Assembly: GCF_000142905.1 (NCBI RefSeq)
Contig: NW_013657656.1
Coordinates: 52,327-116,326, forward strand
Source: Thecamonas trahens ATCC 50062
Lineage: Eukaryota > Protista > Apusomonadida
Length of the DNA: 64,000 bases
Direction of reading: 5' to 3'
Shown here: positions 46,826-58,784 of the stretch, in pieces
Layout: each line of letters begins with the position of its first letter
Numbering within the stretch: position 1 is the stretch's first letter
The notes under the pieces: generated by a model
What the model saw: only the letters and a program-made list of their open reading frames with translations
Told to the model about the DNA's origin: nothing
The model's database searches: none
Program-made: the position numbers and the translations under genes

Positions 46826-49800
46826 ATGCTGCACAGACTACGACTGGCGATTGCTCTCTCCGCACCACACTCACGGGCACTTGCTGCACTGCCTGCTCAT
46901 CCACTGACTCGGTCGCAGACACAGGCGGTGGCACTGGCGGAGACTCGGGTCGGCCATGGACAGGACATGCACTCGCCGCTGACACGCCCCACCCTCCGTA
47001 TCCTCCACTCTTCGCTCACCGCTGCCACCGCTGCCACCGCTGCCAGTGCCACCACTGCTGGCAATGCGACGGCCCGGGTCGAGCTCTCGCGCTACACACA
47101 TACCTACCTCCTCGCCCTCACCCATGCTTGCCTCGCCCCGACGCAGCCGCTCTACCTCCCGGGCCTTGCTCGCCTGCTTCTGGCGGGTGCTACTTCGGAT
47201 CCTCCCTCGCATCAGGCGCATCCGGTCGCGCTCGCTCATCATCTCCCACCGCTGGCTCACATCGTGTCGCCGCGGGCAAAGCGGCTGGCCCCGGCTCCCA
47301 TCCCGGTCAACCTCCTCGAGGCCATGGACAAGCCGCAGCTCGCCCTCGCCACCCTCGCCGCCTACGGCGCTGCCCTCGTCGGCTCTTCGCGTCCAGCCTC
47401 ACACGCCTTTCTTGCCGAGGTCCTCGACATCGACATTCTCTCCTGCCTCTTCCGCGCCCTCCGCGACTGTACCAGGCCAGAACTCGAGCCGCACGCCGCC
47501 CTCCTTGTTCGCGTCCTCGCCGTCGTTATTCGCGCCGCCACCCTCGACGTCACCAGCCTCTCGGCACTCTGCAACGCACTGCCATTCAACGCGTTTCTCC
47601 AGCTCGCCGCCGCTCCCGACCTCCCGCCCGCCATTAGTGTCGAGCTGTGGCAGCTGCTTTGCGTCCTCCTATACCGCGCCACGCCGCTCGACCCCGCGCT
47701 CCTCTCATCTTTTTACAACCTTGGTGGCGACGATGCCCTTGCCACCGCCATCATCGGCCTCGAGACCCGCGACACCGCAGCTGTCAACGCTCTTATCACG
47801 GGCGCCCGTCTGCTCTGCTTTCTCTCGCCCTCTCTCGCCGCCACGCCAGCGTCCACCCCGTCGTCGTCACCCGCCGGCGCCGACGACTCGCTCTCGCTGC
47901 TCACCAGCCCGCTCGCCGACTCGGTCTTCTCGCCGGCTTTCAAACGCGCTTGCACCATCGTCTCTACCTCGCCCATATCCACCCTCCTCGACGTCTTTGT
48001 CTCGGCCTCCCGTGTCGAGACCAAGCTCGACGTCCTTCGCTCGCTCGAGCTGCTCTGGGTTGACAACCCCACCAACTACGCCCTCCTCGGCGCCCTGGCT
48101 CCGTTTGACACCTTTTTGCAGTACTCGACCTTCCACAAGCTTCATCTCGAGCTGCAATACGCCATCCTCTCCGCCCTCACCCGTCTGGTCCTCTCGTCGG
48201 GCCTCCCGCTCCGCAACGAGCTCGCCCATCTGGTTGCACTCCTTGCGCCCGACACGCCCGACATATCCCCGCCGTCAGCCCTCATTCTTGCCCACCACAT
48301 CCGCTACATGCTCCACCACGCGCCGCCGGCCATCAACCTCCGCCGCCGGCTCCGTGCCGCCGGAATGGTCGACCTCCTTGTCGCTCTCACCGCTGCCCTT
48401 GACTCGCCGTCATCGCGCCCGCGCCCGCTACTCGCCATCAAGGACTCGTACCAGCATGCCTTCATCTCCATGCTCCTCACCTCGTTTGAAGACCTGGTCG
48501 CGTCTCCGAACCACTCGGACTTTCTCGCTCCGCTCCCCACGGCGACCCCAACACCAACCGCCATCCTTACCCTCGCTGCCCGCCGCCTCCCAGCCTCGAG
48601 CTACTACCCGATCACCCGTAACTTGCTCGGTCTCTCCTCATCATACGCCTCGTCCACAGCCTCAACGTATCGAACCCGCGCGGATGTCCACTACGGTGTC
48701 TGTGCCTCGCTCCTCGCTCTCGTGGACATCTTTCTCTCCACCAAGCCCGCCACAGCCCAGCCGCTCCGCGCCGCCTTTGTCGCTGCTGCAGGCCTGCCCA
48801 AGCTCTACCGCGTCGTCGCCGACGCCCGCCTTCGTCCGCACGCCCTCGGCATTCTTGCCACGCTAGGCTCCGAGGACAGCGCCCAGGACTGGCGCATCGT
48901 CCCCGATCTCATCGCCGTCGTCCGTGCCGTCCACCCGCGCAACGTCGCCCGGCCCACCGCCCTTAGCCTCCAGCACGACGTCCTGCGCGTCCTCGCCTCC
49001 ATCCTTTGCGCAAACCCGGCAGCCAAGATCCCGTTCCAGACCGGCGACGGCTTCCGCTGGTCCATTGGCGTTCTCGACACCCTTGCCAAGGCGTACCCCA
49101 CGCCAGACACTCTCCCGGTCGCCCCGCGCAAGCTCTTTGACTTTGTCCGCACCCTCCTCGAACTCAACGCCATCGCCATCCACAACTCTCGCGACAACGC
49201 AGAGTACTTTGCCACCTCGATCACCTTTGACGCCCTCGTCAATGTCCTCTCCTCTTCGCGCCTCTTCCTCGCCTCGGACTTTACTCTCGTCCTCTTCGAG
49301 CTGGTCATCGAGCTTGGCCTCGCAGGAACCTGGCCGCCATCCTCATGCTCCGCTCACTCACTCATCGCCTTTCGCTCACTCCCGCAGCGCCTCCGCCTTC
49401 GCGGCCTCCAGCTCGCCATCGCCGTCGCCGAGCCATCGGCCGCCACTCCGCCTGCCGCCGCTCCAACCCCGCTGGCGCGCTCGCTCTTCCCAGACTCCCA
49501 GCGCCCGCCAACGCCGGATCTCGACTCGGACTCGGACTCGTTTGTCACGCCGGCCTCGTCGCCTCCCGCCTCGCCTCCCGCCTCGCCGCCTGACTCGCCG
49601 CACATCAGCTCGCCGCGCTCCATCTTTCCTCCTCGCGCCGCCGCACCCGACGCCGACTTTCTCCTCCCGCCCAAGCTCCGCGCCCGCGAGCGCCACCCGC
49701 CGTCTCCGGTCCCTCTGTTTTCGGTCTCCTCGCCGCCAGACTCGCCGCTCTACCGTCTTCACAACTCGACTGCCCCATTCTCGGCCTCGTTCCGGGCGCT

Positions 49801-52800
49801 CGCCCGTCCGCCGTGTCCAAGAACGCAACCAGCCTCACGCGCCATCCTCCGCTCACCGCAACAGCGCCTCTCCGGCTCCATCCGCTCCTCGTCATCACTC
49901 TCGCTCCTCGAGGATCTCCCACACGCCCAGGCTGACATTGTCTCGGAAGTCTCGTCCGAGCTCGAGCTTACCCTCGCCGATCCCACCTGCCGCACTCTCT
50001 TTGCAGACTATCTCGCTACCACCCGCTCGCTCAATGAGCTGCGCTTCCACGACGCCGTCCAGGCTCTGTCTGCCAAACGGGCTGCTAGTGCGCCCGACGG
50101 CTCGCTCGCCACCGCTGCCCTCGGCCTTGTCGCCACCTACGTTGACGACTCGCACAGCTCATCTCCCAGCGACGCCGACGACGCCCCACTCTACCTTGCT
50201 CCCGAACTTGCCGACACCATCCGAGCCGCAGCCGACGCCCTTGCCCGCTCGCTTTCACGCGCCTCTTCACCGACTTCGCCGCTCCGCTCGCCGGACTCGA
50301 CCTCGGCCTCGCCCTTCCCTCCTGCGCCCGCAGCTGTTGCGGCCATGTCGGACATGGCAACGTCGGATGTCTTTGACCTCGATCTTGATGCCGAGCTCCT
50401 TGCTCGCGTCGCCCCATCCTCGCCAGCTGCGGCCGCCCCGCCAACGCACGATGCGAGTCCTGTCACGTCGCCCACCCGCCTCCGCGCGCCGGCGCTCCTC
50501 TCACCCCTGCTCAACGCGCTCGACGCAGCCGCAGACGCCATCTTTGTCCAGCTCGCCTACACTCACCGATTCTTCCTTCGACAGCTTGGCCGCGAAGAAT
50601 TGTACCTCTTTGAGCTGGCCCACTGCCGCGAGTGCTCGCGTGACATGGCCGTCGTCCTCCCTGCCGCCTTTACCGCCGTCGTCCGCCTCGCCGCTTCGGC
50701 CGTCGCTCTTGACCTCGGCCTCGGAAACCAGATCGCTTACCACGTGCTCCACCTTGTTACCTTTCTCATCGGCGCCTTTCCTGCAAACGTCTACGCCCTC
50801 GGTGAGGCCGACCTCCTTGGTACGGTCCTGGCTGAGTTTGGCGGCATCCTTATCGACGCCAACTCACCTCTCCAGCCGCTGGTCCTTGACCTCGTCGTTG
50901 CCCTCGCCGCCTTTCGTTGCACTGTTGTCAACCTGCAAGAGTTCATGGTTCTTCTCCATCCGCGTTTCGACCCACCGCACAACGTCTACGAGGCTCTGCT
51001 CTACCTTTCGGCACTCCCGCCGCGTCTCGACCACGCCGCCTTCTTCCCGCACGCCGCCAACGCCACACCCCGCCCGCTGCCCATTGACCCGCTCATCGCC
51101 GCGAATCCACTGCTGCCCTCACACGGCGTCGCGCTTCGTTCGCTGGCCACAACCTCCTGGCCGCCCTCCCGCGGCTTCACCCTCTCCATCTGGTTCCAGC
51201 CCGACGGCCCGAGCCCGCACGCCTTTGACATCGGCCGCATCTCGCTCGATACCTCGGCTACCCCGACGCCCCGCGCCCGTACGCACTCTCACTCGCCATC
51301 CGCGGCGAGTCGCTTATCCTCGTCTACGAGCAGGAGCCCCCGGCCTCGCGCAAGCAGCGCATGCGTGACGACGCCGCGGCCTCCGCCGCCACAGAGACGC
51401 CGCCTCCAGAGCCTGCCGCTCACCCCAGGATCCCGACCTCGCTGCCGGACTCGTTCCGCCGCCTACACTCGGTCACGCCCGACTCGTCTCCGCTCGCCGA
51501 CACCCTTGACGATCTGCCGTCGCCGTCGTCGGCCTCTGGGACCGACTCTCCCGAAATGCTCGTCCGCACTAGCTCGGGCTCGTATCCGATCCCCATCCGT
51601 GTCGGTCGCTCACGTCCGCTGCCCGAGCCCGTGGACCGCGGCGCACCCGCCGTCCCGCCGCGGGCGTCGTCGGCTACCCCGCCGCCCTCGGCGTCGTCCT
51701 CAGCCGCCGCTCCGCGGCGAGTGCTCGTCAACCTCGGTCCGCTCACCCCGTACGCCCCGCACCACCTCATCATTTGCCACGTCCGTGCCTCCAAGGGTTC
51801 ACCGCTCGGCAACCTGCTCGTCTACCTCGATGGCAAGCTTGTTGCGCGCCAGTTCTCGACCTTCCTCCCACCGCCTGTCCGCGGCCACATTCTCGGTGAC
51901 ATGCATCCGTTGATTCCAGCTTCACCGGCGCTAGCGGCGTCCGCCCCGGCGTCACCGACCCCATGGCTCCTCGGCAACATGAACTTGCTCAAGAATGTCG
52001 CGCTCGACGCCGCAGAAGCCCTCATGCTCTACGCCCAAGGCTCCGGCCCGTGCTCATCGCTCATCGGCGTCGCCACCGTCTCGCTGCGCTCGTTTGAGTT
52101 TGCCGCGCCCGAATGGCTCGACTACGCCGCCACCCACGACCTGCTCGGTCCCGGCGAGCGGCTTCGCGTCCGCGCCCTCCTCCGTGCACTCTGCCCGGAG
52201 CAGTCGGGCTTTGAGACTCGGCAGCTGCTATTTCCGGCCTCGACCGGAAGCCGCCAAGACGCCCGCTCCGAGTCGGTCTTCCGCCGCCCCTTCTCGCTGG
52301 CATCATCGTTTGCTTCGTCGCTGGCCGCCACGCTCGCCTCGTCACCGTCTACTGCTTTCGACGCGCCGCGGACTGTTCGCATGCTTGACGACGACATCGA
52401 TGATGCGTTCCTCGGCCTCGAGCCGGGCGCTCCCCTCCCACCGGACGCCCTGCCCACCCTTGAAGGTCTTCGCTCGTCCATTATTTTTGTTCTCAACGTC
52501 GGCCGCGGGGTCGTCACCCACGGCGCTGCTGTCTCAGGTTCCTCGGGCTCGGGCTCGAAGGATGCCGCCTTTGCCGGCTCGGTCTCGGGCGCCGGACCGT
52601 CGGCGGCAGCATCGTCATCGTCGGCCGCACCCGTCGCCCTCTATCCGACCGCTACCTGGATGGGCGGCTCAATCTCGCACGTCTCGGAGAACGTCCGCGA
52701 CAACCTGTATGCATGCGGCGGCATGGACTCGGTCCTGTACATGGCTGCGCTCTCAGTCTCGGGCCCACCCGAGCTGCAGCACCTGGTTCTTGCCCTCTTT

Positions 52801-55800
52801 CCGCCGCTTATCGGGCCCGCGTACTCGCCCAACGCCCACCGCATGTCGGCGCTCGGCGGCTACGAGCTTCTTGGCTACATGCTCCGTGCGCCCGACTACA
52901 CGCTGGACATCACGACGGCCATGATCATGTTTGAGCTCTCAGGCCTGCGCAAGCTCCATCTAGCGCTGCGGCCGCATCCCATCACACTGCGCCCGGCCCA
53001 CCTGCTCGAGCACAACATCGAGCCCATTTCGGGCTCGTCATTTGACTTTGTCTACGGTGGCGGCGTGCTTGCCAACGTCGACGCTGCGCTCGCCACCCTC
53101 CTTGACTGGCGGGTGTGGAAGCGGGCACCACCGCGGGTCCAGACCTTTGTCTGGGAGTCGTTTGTGACGCTCCTCGCACCGGGCTCAGCCACGCCCGAGA
53201 CTGCTTCCGGCCGTGCCCGCCTCCGCCACTGCCGGACCAACCTGCAGCTGCTGCGGGCGATTGGCCTCTTTGAGCGGCTTCTTGTCATGATCCAGCTCGA
53301 TCCCGAGTTTCCAGAGGGCCATATGCCGTACATCATTCAGCTCCTTCGCGCGCTGGTCTCCTCGCCGCCACGGAGCTACGAGCTGCAGCTCCTTATCCAG
53401 TTCCTTGTCCGGACCCATCCTGTCTCGCGGGCTTCACAGCAGCGCGTCGCAGTCCCGCGCCCGGTCTCTTCTAGCTCGCTGCTGGACTTTGAGCTCCTCT
53501 CGCGCTCGTTCAACGCCAACCACGACTCGTCGTTTGCCGCTGACTCAACCGTCGACGGCGCATCGACCTCGGTTTCGTCGTCCTCGGTCGAGCTCCCGTC
53601 TGTCCGCCTCGCGCTCCTCTACTTTCTCGTCGAGATTGTCACCACTCTCCCCGACCCGGCGTTGGTTGAACTGGCGACCGACTCGCTTTCGGCACTCGTC
53701 CTTGTCCAGCTGGCGCAGCACCCATGCTCCTACACCCGGGTCTGCCTGCTGCAGATCATCGACCGCTACCTCGGCGTGCCAAGCCTGGCTGCGGCCTTTG
53801 TCGCCTCGGCAGGCTTTGACCTTCTCGGCTCGCAGCTGGCAACCCACCCAGCGACGCGGCTTGTTGTCGACGCGCTGTTTGCAGTCATGCAAGGCTCTAC
53901 CGAGCCGGCCAACGTTTCTCGCCAGCCTGGCCAAAGCTCAGAATCCGGCGCCGATGCGTCCTGCTCTCGCGCTCTGCCACACCCGCACTGCGTCCGCACC
54001 CTCCTCCGCGTCGCCGGCAACTGCTGGGACGACACCGTGCTCCGCCACGCTACCATCCGCCGCCTCCACTACTCGGTCTTTGAAGCGTCCCTGGCAAACA
54101 AGGAGGCGCTCGTCGCTGCAGGCCTTGTCCGCGAGCTCGTGGCTCTCCTCGCCACTGCACTCGCCGAGGATGTGGTTGACACCGTGTTTGAAGGCGACAT
54201 CATTGTCTTCCTTGCTGCCATCGCCGTCTACGGCTGTGGCCTTAAGAGCGGAGACAATGAGCTTGTGCTCAGCGTTGTCACCGGGCTCGGCACGCTCTCT
54301 GGCGTCTCGGCGCTCAAAATCCGCCAGGTCCAGCAGCGGACCCTCCACATGGCGCTTGCAGCCTACCATGAGACGTGGGCGCAGCATGATTTAGGCTCGC
54401 GATCGACGCTTGCAACGCTTGCTGCGCTCGCGCGGTGTATTGTTGACTCGGTCGTGGCGTACTCGCCCGAGTCACCGGGTGTTCATTCCCAGACCGTCGA
54501 GCCGGAGCCTGACACCGCACGGCATGTTGAAGCGCACTCGATCGAGTTTGACCTTGTTGTCTTTGTGGTCAACCTCCTTGTTGACCTGCGTCCGCATGCG
54601 CGGGCGGCGTCGTCGGCGACAGCGCGCGCTCTTGACGACGCGCTGGCCTCCCTTCTCCTCTGGGTCTTCCAGCGGTTCCATGCGCACGCTCTCGACGAGT
54701 CTGCTGAGGAGATGCGCATTGGTCTGCAGGCTGCGCTGGAGGCTGCCGAGGTTGCCCGGAGCCGGACAGAGTCGACGTCAAGCGCGCCGCCGACTGCAGC
54801 CGAGACTGCCATTCTGACGCTGCGGCCCGAGCTGACGGTCGAGGCCGCGTCGGCGACCAAGTCCAGAGATCCGTTCGCGACCTCGAGCGCGGCGAGCGCC
54901 GAGATGATCGAGGAGGCGCGGGCGTCGTCGGCGTCGTCGTCGCGGGCGACGTCGCCGTTTGGCACGCTTATCTCTGAAGAGTTCAGCGAGTCGAGCCAGA
55001 CCTTCCAGCACGCGGTGGCGCTCGCCGAGGCGCTGGCACGTCAGGTGCCGTCTGCAGTTGTGGCGGCGTTTGCTGCCGAAAAGGCCTTTCTCATCCGGTT
55101 TGTCCTCTACACCCAGCCGATGCTTCGGCGCGTCGGGGTGGCGTCGGCCGTTGAGCGGCATTGGCTCGCCATTGCCGAGCACCACTTTTCGACGCTTGGC
55201 CTCATCATCAAGTGTGACATCTCAGCTGACCTCGAGCTGTCGACGCCTGCTGGCGTCCGCGCGCTACAAGCGCTCCTGCACACCGTCGAGGGCATCCGTC
55301 GACCGTCGGACGTCTTTCTGCAGGCGACAATGCGGCAGGCACGGATTGCCGAGGCCGACGCTGCGGCGGTGCGTGACGCGGCAGCGGCGGCGTACACCGC
55401 CAACTTGGCGGCGGCAACTGCCGAGTGTGCAGCTGATGAGTCGGCGGCGTCGCGGACATGGGCCGCAGCGTGCAACGCGTTTCTCACCTCGCAGGTCGAG
55501 CTCAACAAGCCGGTCATGGGTATGGTCCAGCACCTGGCGGAGCAGGACTACGCGGCCCGCAAGCGATGGCGCGGCCTGTGCCAAGACCTGACCCACGAGC
55601 GCGGCCCGTGGCACGTGACCGACGACGAGGTCCGTGTTTGGCTCGGCGAGTCGGACTCGGACGACGGGGGCCAAGACTCGCGGAGCAAGGCCGATCCGCA
55701 CGGCGTGGCCGCAACGCCGGGCCGCGAGTCACAGGCGTCGGCGTCGGTCCGCCGCGCGCGGGCGCGGGCGACGTCTGAGCGGTTTGCCTCTGGCCGGCAC

Positions 55801-58305
55801 GTGGTGTACGCACTCAACCCGACCGAGTCGGCGGCTCGGCTGCGGGTCCGACTCCAGCCTATCCCACCGCCGCTCATGTTTGTTGACTGGCTCTCGGCAC
55901 CCGTGGCCGAGGAGGAGGCCGACAAGCGGAGCGGATCGATGCTTGCACTGGCGGACGGCGAGCGGCTGCAGCATCTCTTCCGGTGTGTGCGGATCACGCC
56001 GGCGCGCAAGGTCGACGGCGAGCTGCTGGTTGGCTCCTCGTCGGGCTACTTTATCCCCGACAAGCACCAGGGCGACGACAGCGCCGGCGGTGCCTCGGTC
56101 GCCCCGCTCGGCTCGGGCCTCGGTAACAGCCACCTCGCACAGCTGTTCGAGGTGGCACTAGTGGTGGAAAACCTCGAGTTTGAGTACGTCGACGTCAAGG
56201 AAGTCCACAAGCGGCGGTATCTGCTGAAGAACTGCGCGCTGGAGATCTTTCTCCTCACCGGCACGACGATGTTGTTTGCGTTCGAGTCGGAGCGGATCCG
56301 TGACGAGGCGTACAAGGCGTTTCTCAAGTCGGAGCTTCCGAACCGCATCGACTACGAATCGTCGATGTCGGGCTCGCTCATCCGCAAGTCGGTCCTTGAC
56401 AAGTGGCGTTCGGGCAAGGTCTCCAACTTTGACTACCTCATGCACCTCAACACGCTTGCTGGGCGGTCGTTCAACGACCTGACCCAGTATCCAGTCTTTC
56501 CGTTTGTCCTTGCACAATATGGCGCGGCAGAGCTTGACTTGTCGGATCCTGCGTCGTTCCGTGACTTTGCCGCGCCGATGGGCGCACAGGACCCGGGACG
56601 GCTGGCCAAGTTTGAGGCCAAGTTTGAGGCGCTGCAGCAGATGCACGCCGAGGCGCCCGACGACGCACCCGAGCCGTACTACTACGGCTCGCACTACTCG
56701 AACATCGGGTCCGTCCTCCACTTTCTTGTCCGGGTCGAGCCGTTCACCCAGTTCTTCATCCAGTTTCAAGGCGGGTGCTTTGACCTCCCTGACCGCACTT
56801 TCCACTCTGTGGCCCACACATGGCGGCTCTCGTCGTCGATCTCGACGTCGGACGTCAAGGAACTTATTCCAGAGTTCTACTATTTTCCAGAGGCGCTCAT
56901 CAACCTCAACGCGTGCAACTTTGGGCGGAAGCAAGACGGGACGCCTGTTGACTCGGTGGAGCTCCCGCCGTGGGCGCGCGGCTCGGCGCGGACGTTTGTA
57001 CGGCGGATGCGCGAGGCGCTCGAGTCTGAGTACGTGTCGGACCACCTGCACGAGTGGATCGACCTCATCTTTGGCTTCAAGCAGCGAGGCGAGGCGGCGT
57101 TAGTGGCCAAGAACGTCTTCTACCCGCTCACCTACGAGGGCGCCGTTGACATTGACGCCATCGACGACGAGATCCAGCGTGTGGCCACCATTACGCAAAT
57201 CTCCAACTACGGTCAGACGCCGACGCAGCTGTTCTCTAAGCCACATCCTGCGCGGTCGTCGTCGTGGCGGTCGTCGGGCTGGCTCTTTGCCGACCACGTG
57301 TTCCTCCCGGATGTGGTACTCGGAGCAACGGTGGTCCGCGGGCTAGCGGCACGGGTGGCGGTTGGCATGATCGCGCCGCAGCCCGGAGCGCCGTCTGCGG
57401 CGCCGGTGGTCATGGGCGCGTCGCGAGTTGCCATTCCACCGCAACTCTCCAAAATGGTCTCGTACGGGCACTGGGACTCGACGTTCCGGTTGACGGCGAT
57501 CGAGTCTGGGCGACAACTTGCGGTGGTGCCGCCGCTGTACGCGGGTGACGAGATTGTGGTGGCCATTGCGCCGGAGCTTGGCGAGCGGTACTCGGCGTCG
57601 AACCCGGGGCTTGTGGTGACCGGCTCAAGCTCGGGCGTGGTCCGGGTGTGGACTCTGACGCAGGTGTCGGACAAGGCGTGCGACATGGTGGAGGCCGGCG
57701 TGCTCGTGGGTCACGAGGGGGCAGTGCTCTCGATGGCGGCGTCAGTCGACTTTGGAGTTATAGTCTCGGGCTCGATGGATGGCTCGGTCATTGTGTGGGA
57801 CCTCAACACGCTGCGCTACGTGATGTCGATGGACGTGCCGGGCTACGCACGGGCACTGGCGGTTTCCAAGACCAACGCAGATGTGGCGGTGGCGTCGTCA
57901 GGCTCGGGCGAGGCACTCTCGCTCTACACCATCAACGGAGCACAGGTGGCGCGGGTCAAACCACACGCCGCGATTACGTGTGTCGACTTTACCTCGGGCT
58001 GCGAGGGCGAGGTTGTCAACGTGGTGGTCGGCGGCACGCTCGACGGCTCGGTGCTCATGTGGTCGACCGAGGATCTGAGCCTCGTCCGGTCACTGACGGC
58101 GACACCGCACATGGCGCCAATTACAGCGCTTGCCATTGTCGGCGCTGGGCTCAAGGTTTACACTGGGGACGCAGACGGCGTGGTGGTCATGTGGCAGGCG
58201 GTGAAGGGCAAGGCAGCGGCCGATGCCGTCGCCGAGTCTGCAGCGTTTGTCCATCCAGACTCGGAGGCCGCCGCAGTGGCCGACGCCGTGTCGGCCGTGT
58301 TGTGA
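46826..58305 (+). CDS. LYST: LYST/LvsB-type BEACH protein (~3830 aa): ARM-like region, RGS-like insert, ConA-like, PH, BEACH, WD40; frameshift near 51261-51264
   Basis: PH (KRRYLLKNCALEIF); BEACH (SNFDYLMHLNTLAGRSFNDLTQYPVFP, YGSHYSNIGSVLHFLVR, PDRTFHS..TWRLSS..DVKELIPEF, YGQTPTQLF), which are LYST-class residues; C-terminal WD40s. The two ORFs join with one extra C. Confidence 0.85.
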
Positions 58306-58784
58306 GGTGTTTACCCTTGCCGGTCGGCGTGGCCGCGCCGCGCTCATCAACGCGTACGCGCTCTACGCTGACGCGAGCCCACGCCCCGCCATGACTCGCT
58401 TGGCTTTTCCACACGACATCATCGACGCCGTTGGCTCCGCGCCGTCGCGTAAGCGTAAGCGTCCCTCTGCAGCGGCTGCTTGTCATCACCACATTCCCCA
58501 ACAAGCCGCTCTGCGACGCGGCTGCCTCGCCTGCCGGAGCTTCATGGTAAGCGATCGCGGTCGTCCTCGCGGACCCTTTGCGCCGCGCGCGGCGTCCATC
58601 TCTGAATCGCTGACTGTTTTCTGTTGTGGCAGCCATTAGCACATTGTACTACTCTTGTTCAACAATCCATGGACGTTGCGACGCCTGTGGAGCGTCGCCC
58701 GGAGCGCAGCTTGCGCGATGGACAGCTTTGTCCATTGCGTACCGTAAAGGGTTAAAGAAGGACAGTGCCCTTGCAGGGGATCAT

